Virus record (IMG/VR): IMGVR_UViG_3300037462_000828
Location: 32,001 to 96,000 of that record
Reading direction: 5' to 3' (one strand)
Length of the DNA: 64,000 nt
DNA from: a virus
Of the stretch, positions 25,380 through 34,886 are shown piece after piece; position 1 is the first letter of the stretch, and each line of letters starts with the position of its first letter. The notes under the pieces are model-generated. The model was not told the DNA's origin and searched no databases. It was given only the letters and a program-made list of their open reading frames with translations. The position numbers were made by a program, and so were the translations under genes.

Positions 25380-28028
25380 ATGACCCAACCCATGCTCTCG
25401 CCCGGCGGCCGCGTGCCCCCGCACGATCTCGATGCAGAGTCGGCCGTTCTCTCGGCCGTGATGCTCGAGCCCAAGGCGCTCGGCCGCGTCGCGCCGATCC
25501 TGCGCGCCGGCCCCGAGTCGTTCTACTCGCCGGCGAACCGGCGCATCTACGAGGCCTGCGTCGCGCTCGCCAAGGTCGGCACGCCGATCGACGTGGTCAC
25601 GGTCGCCGGCTGGCTCAAGGATCGCGAGCGTCTCGCCGAGGTCGGCGGCGTGCCGTACCTCGGCGCGATCGTCGACTCGGTGCCGAGCGTCGCGAACCTC
25701 GAGGCGTACGCCAAGCGCGTCGCCGACAAGAAAAAAAAGCGCGACATGATCGCCCTGCTCCGGGCGATGGCGGCCGAGGGCTACGACGACGAGGGCGACG
25801 CCGACGCGTGGTGCTCGACCGTCGCGCACGCCGCCTCGCGCGTCGCTTCCGAGGGCGTCAAGAGCCGTTCGCGCAAGCTCTTCGACGTAGCCAAGGGCGT
25901 TTTCGAAGACCTGAGCGCCGGCAAAAAGACGGGCGTGCCGACCGGATACGCGGTCTTCGACCGAGCGACGAGCGGGGGGCCGCGGCCGGGCGATCTTATC
26001 GTCGTCGCGGGCCGACCCGGCATGGGTAAGGCGCAGCCCCTCGAGGCCCCCGTCCTGACCCCGACGGGGTGGCGTCCGATGGGCGACCTTCGCGTCGGCG
26101 ACCGAGTCGTCGGCGCCGACGGGCGTCCGTGCTTCGTTACGGGCGTTTTCCCCCAGGGCGAGAAGGACGTCTACCGTGTTGTCGTCGACGACGGGTCGTC
26201 GGCCGAATGCTGCGACGACCACCTGTGGCTGACCCGCACGAAGGCCGACCGCAAGGCCAGCCGCGTCGGGACGGTCAAGACGCTTTCGGAGGTGCGGCGT
26301 CGCCTGCGCGTTGGCGCCCACGCGAACCACAGCCTGCCGTTCGTGGGGCCCGTCGAGTTCGACGCGCCAGCCGAACTCGCCCTCGACCCGTACGTGCTCG
26401 GCGTCTACCTCGGCGACGGATCGTACGAGGGCCAGAACAGCGTGTCGATCCATACGCCGCAGGTCGACGTGCAAGAGCGCGTCGCCGAGCGCCTGCCCGT
26501 GGGCGATCAGACGTCGCCGATGGAACTCGGCGTGCGGATCAAGAGCCGGGTATTTTCACGCGGCGGGTCGAGCACGGCGAACGCGCTTCGGGCGCTCGGC
26601 CTCGCCGGCCTCGAGGCGCACGAAAAGTTCATTCCGCCGTCGTACCTGAGGGGCACCGTCGAGCAGCGATGGTGGCTGCTGCGCGGCCTCTGCGACACCG
26701 ACGGGTACGTCACCGACCCGAGCGGCAAGTCGATCGAGTACACGACGGCCTCGCCAGCGCTGCGCGACGGCGTGACCGAACTCGCGCGATCGCTCGGCGG
26801 TCGCGTGTCGTGCGTCGAGAAGCGCCCGACATACGAGTACCTCGGCGAGAAGCGCGAGGGGCGACTCTGCTACCGCCTCAACGTTGCGTTCCCCGCCGGC
26901 GGCGCCACGCCGGTGGCCGCGATCAAGCACCTGATCAAGTGGCGACCCTCCCCTTCGCGCGTCACCGAGCGGTACGTCGAGCGCGTCGAGTTCGTTGGGC
27001 GCAAAGCGTGCCAGTGCATCGCCGTTTCCGCGCCCGACCATCTCTACGTCACCGAAGGGTTTTTGGTCACGCACAATACGGCTTGGACGATGGGCGCCGT
27101 CGCCGGCGCGTGGCTCGACGAGACGTTCGCCGAGCAGTCGGCGTCGCTCTTTTTCACGCTCGAGATGCCGGCCGCGCAAATCGCCCTGCGGCACCTCTGT
27201 TCGGAGACCGGCGTCAGCATCGGCGACATGCGCAAGGGCCGGCTCGGGGCCTACCGGCGCGACCCGTTCGACCGGGGCGAGCACCCGACGGACGGCTGGG
27301 CGCTCCTGACCGAGCAGATGTCGTGGCTCGCGCAGAGCGACGCGCCGGTGTGGCTCTATGACCAGTCGGGCGTGACGATCGAGGGGGTCTGCGCCGAGGC
27401 CCGGCGCGTCGCCGCCGAGGCGGCCGCCGAGCGCGAGCCCGACGTGCCTGCTCAGATCGACGCCTACGGCAACGTCGTCGCGCCGGGTCGCAAGGGCCGA
27501 CCGCGTAAACTCCGCGTTATCGCGGTCGACTACATCGGGCTCGTCGAGGAGCAGGCGAGCCGCTCGCGGTCGGAAACGCGCGAGCAGCAGGTCGCGCTCG
27601 TGACGCGCACGCTCAAGAACCTGGCGAAAGAACTCGACTGCGTCGTCTACGCCCTCTCGCAACTCAACCGCACCGTCGAGCAGCGCGCCGACAAGCGCCC
27701 CCTCATGAGCGACCTGCGCGAGTCGGGGGCCATCGAGCAGGACGCGGACATGGTCGCCATGCTCTACCGCGACGAATACTACAACGGCGACGACGAGCTT
27801 ACGGTCGACGCGGCCGAGGGAAGCGAGGCGTTTCTGCGCGGCGAGCGCGAGGTCAAGGCGTCGAACCGCAACATCGCCGAAGTGCTTATTCGCAAGTTCC
27901 GCAACGGCGAGACGCAGGGCCTTTACATGCTGTTTCACGGGCCGACGACCAGCTTTTCGAGCCTGCGCGACCACCCCCTCTTGCGCGCGATGCCCCGCCG
28001 CGACGACGAAGATGGCGAGGCCGCTTAA
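25380..28028 (+). CDS. dnaB: replicative DNA helicase DnaB containing an intein
   Basis: PPHDLDAESAVL, GRPGMGK/T Walker A split by intein, VDYIGL, LSQLNR, DLRESGAIEQDAD, KFRNGE. Confidence 0.96.
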   Translation: MTQPMLSPGGRVPPHDLDAESAVLSAVMLEPKALGRVAPILRAGPESFYSPANRRIYEACVALAKVGTPIDVVTVAGWLKDRERLAEVGGVPYLGAIVDSVPSVANLEAYAKRVADKKKKRDMIALLRAMAAEGYDDEGDADAWCSTVAHAASRVASEGVKSRSRKLFDVAKGVFEDLSAGKKTGVPTGYAVFDRATSGGPRPGDLIVVAGRPGMGKAQPLEAPVLTPTGWRPMGDLRVGDRVVGADGRPCFVTGVFPQGEKDVYRVVVDDGSSAECCDDHLWLTRTKADRKASRVGTVKTLSEVRRRLRVGAHANHSLPFVGPVEFDAPAELALDPYVLGVYLGDGSYEGQNSVSIHTPQVDVQERVAERLPVGDQTSPMELGVRIKSRVFSRGGSSTANALRALGLAGLEAHEKFIPPSYLRGTVEQRWWLLRGLCDTDGYVTDPSGKSIEYTTASPALRDGVTELARSLGGRVSCVEKRPTYEYLGEKREGRLCYRLNVAFPAGGATPVAAIKHLIKWRPSPSRVTERYVERVEFVGRKACQCIAVSAPDHLYVTEGFLVTHNTAWTMGAVAGAWLDETFAEQSASLFFTLEMPAAQIALRHLCSETGVSIGDMRKGRLGAYRRDPFDRGEHPTDGWALLTEQMSWLAQSDAPVWLYDQSGVTIEGVCAEARRVAAEAAAEREPDVPAQIDAYGNVVAPGRKGRPRKLRVIAVDYIGLVEEQASRSRSETREQQVALVTRTLKNLAKELDCVVYALSQLNRTVEQRADKRPLMSDLRESGAIEQDADMVAMLYRDEYYNGDDELTVDAAEGSEAFLRGEREVKASNRNIAEVLIRKFRNGETQGLYMLFHGPTTSFSSLRDHPLLRAMPRRDDEDGEAA
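26031..27077 (+). mobile_element. intein with LAGLIDADG homing endonuclease (349 aa, Ala1, class 3)
   Basis: begins AQPLEAPVLTPTGW, LGVYLGDG and LRGLCDTDG, ends VTHN/T. Confidence 0.93.
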
Positions 28029-28049
28029 CGCGCCGGCCGGGCGGCCGTT
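28024..28049 (+). promoter_or_regulatory. class C promoter motif
   Basis: CTTAA-N15-GCCGTT overlapping the dnaB stop. Confidence 0.7.
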
Positions 28050-28094
28050 GACCTTGGGCGAAGGGCCCGCCGAGCGCGGGCCGGAAAGGCACCA

Positions 28095-29603
28095 ATGTTT
28101 ACCGACATGGCAAAGAGGGCGCGCGTCGAGGCGTGGGCCGCGGGCCTGCCGAAGGGGGCCGTCGTACTCGCCTCGGGCACGACCGAGGACGCGGCGGCCG
28201 ACCTCGGAAGCGAGATCGCTCGGGCCGTCGCGGCGTCGGGCCGCATGGTCACGACATGGTCGATCTCCCCGCGCGACGCGCAACTCGACCCGGTCGACGT
28301 CCGGCGCTACGCGCGCTCGTCGCGCAAGACGATCGTCTGCGTCCTCGACCCGGCGCGCGCGGCGCCCTCGGGCCTCGAGCACGAGGCCGACGCGCACCTC
28401 GCCGACGGCGCCGACCTCGTCGTCGTCAAGAGCCGCACCGGGCAGGTCGGCCCCTTGCCGCCCGCCGAGACGACGGCGCCCGAGGGGCCGGCCGAACTCG
28501 CGGCGCGTATGAAGCGCCTCGCGGCCGTCGCGACCGACGGCCCGTGGGTCATCGCGGGCGTGCTCGGCGACGAACCACCCGACGCCGACGGGCGCGCGCG
28601 CGTCAAGTGCGACTGGCACCCGCCCGCGGCGAAGCTCTACGACGAACTCTCCGTCGGCTCGCGCTTGCCGGTCGACGGCGACGACGGCCTCTTCGTCTGC
28701 CGGGGCATGACGGGCCCGAACCGGGCCAACAACGCCGCGTTCCTCGCGGCGTGCCGCGAGGGCGTACCCGCGCTTTGCGCGGCGCTTGTGCGTGCGCTCA
28801 AAGAGGGGTCGGAGTCGCGCGCCCTTCGGGCTCAACTCAAGGATCAACTCGACCAGGCGTCGGCCGCGCACGAGGCGGAGATACGAGCCATCGACGAGGC
28901 GCTCGAGGCGTCGGCGACCGTCGGGGGTGCGTTCGATAGCCCGGTCGCCGGGCACCCCGAGATCATTCGCGAGATCGTCGCCGAACGCAACGCGGCGCGC
29001 GCCGACAACGCGGCCCTGCGCGCCGAACTCGCCGCCGTGCGCCTCACCGAGGCGAACCTGCGCGAGGCGCTGACCGACCTCCGCGTTTCGTCGCAAGCGA
29101 TCGCCTCGACCTACGACCACGACGCCGACGCCGTCAGCGATTGGAACTATCTCGGCCGCGACATCAACGCCGCCGGCAAGGCGCTCGCCTACGTGCCGGG
29201 CCCCGACGCCGAGCGCCCGGCCCCCGTGCCCGCGATCGACGTGCTGCGCAAGATCGCCGGTCTCTTCGAAGGGGGCGACCTCGCGTTCGTTCGGGAGCAC
29301 GCCAAGGGCGACGACGAGGCCGCTGGCTTCGCCAAGGCGATCGCGATGGCCGTCGAGTGGGCGCGCCTCGCGCTCGCCGGCGTCGAACGACCGATCCCCC
29401 ACGTCTTGCTCGAGGTCGAGGCGGCGATGGATCGGGCCCGCGCCGACCTGGACGCTCACGCGCTCGGGAGAGGGGCTCTCGACGCTGTTGCCGCGGGCGC
29501 CCAAGACCCCGACGCGGCCGTCTTTCAGGCGGCGAAGCGGGTCGTCTACGCCGAGCGCGTACTCGCCGCGGCTGGTTCGGTCGGCAAGGAAGGCGGCGCG
29601 TGA
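28095..29603 (+). CDS. multidomain protein with Ead/Ea22-like segment and coiled coil
   Basis: ATDGPW...NAAFLAACR pattern. Confidence 0.55.
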   Translation: MFTDMAKRARVEAWAAGLPKGAVVLASGTTEDAAADLGSEIARAVAASGRMVTTWSISPRDAQLDPVDVRRYARSSRKTIVCVLDPARAAPSGLEHEADAHLADGADLVVVKSRTGQVGPLPPAETTAPEGPAELAARMKRLAAVATDGPWVIAGVLGDEPPDADGRARVKCDWHPPAAKLYDELSVGSRLPVDGDDGLFVCRGMTGPNRANNAAFLAACREGVPALCAALVRALKEGSESRALRAQLKDQLDQASAAHEAEIRAIDEALEASATVGGAFDSPVAGHPEIIREIVAERNAARADNAALRAELAAVRLTEANLREALTDLRVSSQAIASTYDHDADAVSDWNYLGRDINAAGKALAYVPGPDAERPAPVPAIDVLRKIAGLFEGGDLAFVREHAKGDDEAAGFAKAIAMAVEWARLALAGVERPIPHVLLEVEAAMDRARADLDAHALGRGALDAVAAGAQDPDAAVFQAAKRVVYAERVLAAAGSVGKEGGA

Positions 29604-30118
29604 CGGCCGACAAGCGCGTCGCCGTCCGGGTCGACGCCATTACGCCAGGCCCGTTCTCGGGCGAGCGCGTCTGGGCCGTTGCGTCGGCCGACGGCGGCGA
29701 GCCCATCGTCGGGATCGCCCCGACGGCGTGGTGTCACGACGGCAACCTCGTCAACGCGACCGCGATCGAAGGCGACGCGCCCGAGGGCTTCGTTGACGTC
29801 TCCCTGCCCGTTGGCCAAGGGTGCTGCGACGTCTATCGCGTCCCGGCCGATCGCGTCGTTCCCCGACCCGGGTCGGCCGGCGCACTCTCGGCCGAGGTCG
29901 CCCGGCTGCGGGCCGAGAACGATCGGCTGCGCGACCTACTCGACCGCGCCGGCGAGACGCTTTCGATCGCCCGCGGGGCGTGCCAGGACGCGAGCCTTCA
30001 GCCCGGCGATCGGTACGGTACGGCGGTCGCGCGCATCGACCGCCTCTTCGACGAGTTCAGCGCGAGCCCCGACAAGCGCCGCGGACCCTTACGGGTCGGC
30101 GGGGGCGGCCGTTGGTAG
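29600..30118 (+). CDS. hypothetical protein
   Basis: GTGA overlap. Confidence 0.55.
   Translation: MTADKRVAVRVDAITPGPFSGERVWAVASADGGEPIVGIAPTAWCHDGNLVNATAIEGDAPEGFVDVSLPVGQGCCDVYRVPADRVVPRPGSAGALSAEVARLRAENDRLRDLLDRAGETLSIARGACQDASLQPGDRYGTAVARIDRLFDEFSASPDKRRGPLRVGGGGRW
30088..30113 (+). promoter_or_regulatory. class C promoter motif
   Basis: CTTAC-N15-GCCGTT; 30086-30120 matches 37154-37188 at 34/35 nt. Confidence 0.75.
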
Positions 30119-30133
30119 GGGTAGGAGGCTACG

Positions 30134-30751
30134 ATGCTCGAACCGAAACCACGCCGACCCGCCAAAGACCCTACGCCCTCGCGCCCGACAGCGGCGATCC
30201 GCCGGGGCGGCCGCCTTACCCGCAACGACGGCGTTTCCCTTCGCCGCTACCCTCGGGGCGGCGGCCGATTCTTTTTCGTGAGCGCACTCGGCCGTATCGC
30301 CGGGCGATCGTCGGTCGTCGTCGACTTTTTCGACGTCATGGCCGACGCGCGCGCCCGCCTCGAGGCGGGTTGCGTGCTCTTTGTTCTCGACCGGCCAGGG
30401 CCCGACGGCCTGCCCGAGGCGTGCGCGGTCGCCGCCCGGGCGTGGGGCTACGGCCGCGCCGAGGCGGTCTACCTCAACCCGGGCGGCTCCGGCGCCGTCG
30501 GCTACGTCGACCCGGTCGTCGCCGTCGGGCGCAGGGGCGCCCTCGCGCGGGCGTCGCGCATCGTCGCCGCCTGGGGGGATGCGTCGAGCGCCGCCCTATC
30601 GTTCCACGACCTCTGGGCCGAGGGCCGCCCCGTTGGCGCGATGGCCCTCGGCCCCCGCGGCGAGCCCGTCAAGCCGGCCGACGCGCCGACCCCGGGCGCC
30701 GGTCCCGTGCCGTTTCTCGACGACTTCGGGGGCGCCCGTGGCGGCGCGTAA
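30134..30751 (+). CDS. hypothetical protein
   Basis: AGGAGG RBS after class C promoter. Confidence 0.55.
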   Translation: MLEPKPRRPAKDPTPSRPTAAIRRGGRLTRNDGVSLRRYPRGGGRFFFVSALGRIAGRSSVVVDFFDVMADARARLEAGCVLFVLDRPGPDGLPEACAVAARAWGYGRAEAVYLNPGGSGAVGYVDPVVAVGRRGALARASRIVAAWGDASSAALSFHDLWAEGRPVGAMALGPRGEPVKPADAPTPGAGPVPFLDDFGGARGGA

Positions 30752-30949
30752 GCGAGGCAAGGCCGAGTGCGTGCTCGACGCGGCGCGCCACGTGCGCATG
30801 GCCGAGCACGCGCTCCAGGGCGTCGCCGATACGATCCTTTCGGCCGGGTCGAGCCGATCGCCGGAAACCGAAGAGGAGTGCCTGCGCGACGCGGCGCTAC
30901 GCATTCGCCTAGCCCTTAGCGACTTGGCGGCCGAGAAAAAGGCCCCCCG

Positions 30950-31513
30950 ATGACGAGCCCGAGCCTACCCGATCTTGTCGACCTCGCGCGCGAGGTGCTC
31001 GGCGTGCGAGCCGTCAAGTGGCGCAACGCCGACAAGTTTACGCTTCATCATATCCCCCGCTACGGCGCGGGGCACGACAGCCGCAAGCGCGTCGTCGAGT
31101 CGGGCCTCTCCCGCGAGGATCTCGCCGCGCGCGTGCTTGAGGCGGCCGACCGAAGCGCCGTCGAAGCCGTGGCCAGCGTAAACTGGGCGCGCGATGCGCT
31201 CGACGTGCTTGTCGCTCGGCACCGAAAAGAATCGGAGGCCGCGTCGGCGGCTATCGACGAGCGACGGGCCGAGGCGAAGCGCCTCTACAACCTACGCGCC
31301 CGCGTGCGCGACGAACTCGGCGTCGGCCCCGGCGACGAGGAGGCCGACCCGCCGCCCTACGCGGCGCCCGCCGAAGGCGTTCCGGGCCGCGAGCGTTGCC
31401 GCCCCCGTCACGGGTCGTGCGGCAAGACGTGGCCGCATAGCGGCGGCTGCAACGCAAGCGCCGGGCCCTTCGCCGGCCAGCCCTACCCGCCCGGGGGCGA
31501 CGACGATGGCTAG
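30950..31513 (+). CDS. hypothetical protein
   Basis: ATGA overlap. Confidence 0.55.
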   Translation: MTSPSLPDLVDLAREVLGVRAVKWRNADKFTLHHIPRYGAGHDSRKRVVESGLSREDLAARVLEAADRSAVEAVASVNWARDALDVLVARHRKESEAASAAIDERRAEAKRLYNLRARVRDELGVGPGDEEADPPPYAAPAEGVPGRERCRPRHGSCGKTWPHSGGCNASAGPFAGQPYPPGGDDDG

Positions 31514-31862
31514 GCGCGGCCTTCGCCTGGGGCCGACGGCGCGCCCGCTCGGCATTCAAATCTGCTCGAGCGACGACGACCGCGCCATCCTGTCGAAGGG
31601 GCACCACGACCCCGACGTTTTCATGGCGCAGGCGCGCGCCGACGGCTTCGACCTCGCGTGGGCCCGGCTCGGGCAGCCGAAGCACGTCTGGTACCGGGCC
31701 GTGCCGAAGCACCCGGGCAGCGGCGATACGAGCTACGTCGAGGTCGCGCCCCGGTCGCGGGGCGCCTTCGCGGCGACCGTCGCGTGGGAGACCTACGACG
31801 CGGGCGACCTCTACGGCATTCCGATGCCGCCCGTCGGCGGCTGGGAGACTCTCGATGTCTAA
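31506..31862 (+). CDS. hypothetical protein
   Basis: overlapping tiling. Confidence 0.55.
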   Translation: MARRGLRLGPTARPLGIQICSSDDDRAILSKGHHDPDVFMAQARADGFDLAWARLGQPKHVWYRAVPKHPGSGDTSYVEVAPRSRGAFAATVAWETYDAGDLYGIPMPPVGGWETLDV

Positions 31863-32232
31863 CACGAACAAGGTATCGATGTTTGCGGGCCTCGACGCGC
31901 TTCTCGAAGGCAAAGCGGCCGACGCGGCGGCGCTCTTCGCCTCGGCGCTCGGCGGCGTGTGGCCGCCCCGCCGCGCGCTCAAGCTGGCGCTGTGGGGGGT
32001 CGAACGGGCGATCGACTACGACGCGGCGCGCGCCGCGGGCGCCGAGCCGCTGCAAGCGGCGGTGCGCGCCGGAATGCCTACGTTCCGCGCCGGCGTGCTC
32101 GAGGCCCGCCGCGCCGCCGTGCCGCGCGCCCGGCTCGACGACTGGGCCGTGCGCCTCGCCGCGGCCGCCGACGATCCCCTGGCCGACGCGCTGGCCGTCA
32201 TCGCTTCGCTCGAGAGCGCGGCCGATGCGTAG
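31855..32232 (+). CDS. hypothetical protein
   Basis: overlapping tiling, GGAG RBS. Confidence 0.55.
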   Translation: MSNTNKVSMFAGLDALLEGKAADAAALFASALGGVWPPRRALKLALWGVERAIDYDAARAAGAEPLQAAVRAGMPTFRAGVLEARRAAVPRARLDDWAVRLAAAADDPLADALAVIASLESAADA

Positions 32233-32933
32233 CCGCCCCCGAGGCCGCGTGCGCCGGCCGCTCTTCGCCGGCCCGGGCCGGGCGGCGCTCGCGGCCGCCG
32301 CGCGCGGGGCAACGCCGCCCCTTCGGGCCTGCGCCGCCGCCTTCGTCGTCGCGGCCGTCGAGCGCGACGAGGCCCGGGGGCTCCCGATCTGGGCCTGCCC
32401 CGGGGCCGAGGACGACCGCGCCGAGGGCCTCTGCCGGCTCGGCTACCTCGAGCGCGTCGAGGGCCGGCGCTACCGCCCGACGCCCGCCGGCGTGGCCTTC
32501 GCCGACCCCTTCCGCTCGCTTCCCCTCTGGCGCGGCCGCGGGCCGGGCACCCTGCGCTGGGTCGACCTCGCCCGGGCCTTGCGCGACGCTGCGCTGCGCC
32601 TCGTACGTACGCCCCCCACGCCCCGAGACGACCGGCCGTGACCGACGCCGAGCGAGAGGGCGAGGCCCTCGAGATTGCCTTCGAGGCGTTCGCCGCCTCG
32701 CTCGCGCACCCGCCGGCCGCCGAGGACATGTGGCGCCTGCTCTCCGAGCGCGAGCGGGGAGCGCTGATCGACGTCGCCCGCGCCGCCAGGCGCGTCGTCG
32801 AGGCCCGGCTCGAAAATCAGATCGCCGCGCTCGAGGAACACCTATCCGCCCTGCTCACGCCCGCGAACGAGAACGCCGTCGGCCTGCCGACGTTTCTTTT
32901 GCCAGGACCAGACGGCCGAACGCGCCGACGCCC

Positions 32934-32959
32934 CTTACGGCCCGGCTGCGTCGGCCGTT
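32934..32959 (+). promoter_or_regulatory. class C promoter motif
   Basis: CTTAC-N15-GCCGTT, 11 nt before ATG 32971. Confidence 0.75.
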
Positions 32960-32970
32960 TGGATCGGGGC

Positions 32971-33534
32971 ATGACCGACCCCGAACAGCTCGACCGCATC
33001 GAACACAAACTCGACGTTTTGCTCGCCCACCTCGGCATCGGGCCCGGGGGCCGTCGCGCCCCGGCCGGCGGGGGAGGAGGCGGGCAGCAGGGGCCCGAGC
33101 CGCCCGCGAGCGACGCCGACCTCAACGGCCCGCGTGGCAACCCCGAGGTGCGCTTCGACCCGAAGCGTTGGGAGGGCCAAAGCTACAAGGGCCGAACGTT
33201 TTCGGAGTGCGACCCCGACTACCTCGACATGCTCGCCGAGACGTTCGAATACTTCGCGCGCAAAGAAGACGGCGAGGGCGCCGTCGACAAGAACGGCGGC
33301 CCCAAGAGCCGCTGGACGCGCCTCGACGCCGCGAGAGCGCGAGGCTGGGCCCAGCGCCTGCGCGGGGGCTCGGCGGCCCGCCAGGCCGGCCCTCGCGGCG
33401 GCGATCGCGCACCGCGACCTCAGGCCGCCCAACGCCGCCCGGCGCCGCCGCCTCCCGCCGACTTCGAGCCGCCGCAGGGCGATCCGTTCGGCGGCGGCGG
33501 GGCCTTCGGGGAAGACGATGACATTCCGTTCTGA
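32971..33534 (+). CDS. protein with SSB-like acidic C-terminal tail (frame open from 32638)
   Basis: ends GDPFGGGGAFGEDDDIPF; central YKGRTFSECDPDYLDML. Confidence 0.65.
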   Translation: MTDPEQLDRIEHKLDVLLAHLGIGPGGRRAPAGGGGGGQQGPEPPASDADLNGPRGNPEVRFDPKRWEGQSYKGRTFSECDPDYLDMLAETFEYFARKEDGEGAVDKNGGPKSRWTRLDAARARGWAQRLRGGSAARQAGPRGGDRAPRPQAAQRRPAPPPPADFEPPQGDPFGGGGAFGEDDDIPF

Positions 33535-33687
33535 TCCCCCGAACGGTTCGACCGGCTGGTCGCTCGCCGACCGCGTGGCCCTTCTCGCGGGCCGGGCGGT
33601 CGGCTTTCTGGCGTTCCCCTTCGTCGCCCTCTACTCGGACGCCGGCCGCGCGCTGATTCTCGGCCGACCGAAACCGCCGCCCCCGCG

Positions 33688-33713
33688 CTAAAGACTCGCC
33701 CCCGCCGGCCGCT
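33688..33713 (+). promoter_or_regulatory. class C promoter motif (variant)
   Basis: CTAAA-N15-GCCGCT, ATG 10 nt later. Confidence 0.55.
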
Positions 33714-33723
33714 ACCTAGCGGC

Positions 33724-34215
33724 ATGGCAGACGAAACGAAACAGGAAGCGGCGCCCGTCGACCTGACGGCCGCCCGGGCGAGGCATTCGGCAGCAACGCC
33801 GGGCCCGTGGCGCTGGTACGGCAACACCGGCACGCAGAACGCGTACCTCGCGACCGAGGCCGCCGGCCTGCGCTGGAAGGTGGCCGCCGCGGAGCGGTCG
33901 GCCTCGGAGGAAAAAGCGCGCGCCGACCGACTCGCGGCCGAGAACGCCGCCCTTCGCTCGAAGCCCTTCGAGGCCGACGGCCTGCCGCCGTACGCCGAGA
34001 TCGCGGCCGCCTACGAGAAGGGCTACGGCATTCGAGAGCGCGCCGAAAACCACGCCGACCTTCGCAACGGGCTCGAGGCCGCCGTCGACCTCGCGACCGA
34101 GCGCCTGCGCTGCCGCCTCGGCGCCCTCGCGTTCGACCTCGAGGTGCTCGCCGCCGAGGGTGGGAGCGCCGCCGACCTCGTCGAGAAGATGCGCGCGCGG
34201 GGGCACCTGCCGTGA
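33724..34215 (+). CDS. Ead/Ea22-like protein
   Basis: AATPGPW motif followed by coiled coil. Confidence 0.55.
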   Translation: MADETKQEAAPVDLTAARARHSAATPGPWRWYGNTGTQNAYLATEAAGLRWKVAAAERSASEEKARADRLAAENAALRSKPFEADGLPPYAEIAAAYEKGYGIRERAENHADLRNGLEAAVDLATERLRCRLGALAFDLEVLAAEGGSAADLVEKMRARGHLP

Positions 34216-34886
34216 CCGCCCCCCGACGCTGGACGCCCGAGGAAGACCTCGTGCTCGAGAGGGACTGGGGGACGTACAACGTCGAGACGATCGCCGAGCG
34301 CCTCGGCCGAACCCCCTACGGGGTTCAGGCCCGCGTCGACAAGCTGCGCCTCGGCGGCCGGCTGCGCGGCCGCACGACGCTCGCCGCCTTCGCGTCCGCG
34401 CTCGGGCAGCAGCCGCACCGGGTCAAGCGGGCCGCGAAGTTCCTCGGCATTCCCCTGCCGCGCGCGGCCAAGGGCTCGCAGCGGAGCCGGTCGAAAAAGG
34501 GCGTTCGGCCGCGGCGCGCCTTCGCGCTCGAGCCGCGCCAGTGCGAAGCGCTCGAGGCCTTTTTCCGGTCGCACCCCGACGGGCAAAACGTCGGCGGCGT
34601 CGGCCCCTACTACACCGACGAGCAGTCGTGGGAGGGCCGCCCCGGCGGCTGCGCCGACTGCGGTACGACCGAGCGGCGACACAAGGCGCGCGGTCTTTGC
34701 GACCGCTGCGACAAGCGCGCGCGCGACCGGGCCGCCGCCGCCGCGTCGTGGGCCGACGCGCCCGGCGGCGCGTGCCCCGCCTGCCGCGAGACGCGCTACC
34801 TTCGTCAGCCGAGCGGCCTGTGCGGCGGCTGTAGCTTTCGCCGCGAGCGCAAGGGCCGCACGTACGCCCGGGCGGCCGAGCCATGA
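34212..34886 (+). CDS. Myb/HTH-like DNA-binding protein with C-terminal zinc fingers
   Basis: WTPEEDLVL...IAERLGRT...V; CADCG...HKARGLCDRC. Confidence 0.65.
   Translation: MTAPRRWTPEEDLVLERDWGTYNVETIAERLGRTPYGVQARVDKLRLGGRLRGRTTLAAFASALGQQPHRVKRAAKFLGIPLPRAAKGSQRSRSKKGVRPRRAFALEPRQCEALEAFFRSHPDGQNVGGVGPYYTDEQSWEGRPGGCADCGTTERRHKARGLCDRCDKRARDRAAAAASWADAPGGACPACRETRYLRQPSGLCGGCSFRRERKGRTYARAAEP

Noticed and set aside
20676-29504. Very long alternative-frame ORFs (e.g. 20676-23078, 26556-29504 and many Arg/Pro-rich ORFs)
   Set aside because: Shadow frames caused by stop-codon scarcity at high GC; they are antisense to or overlap well-supported genes
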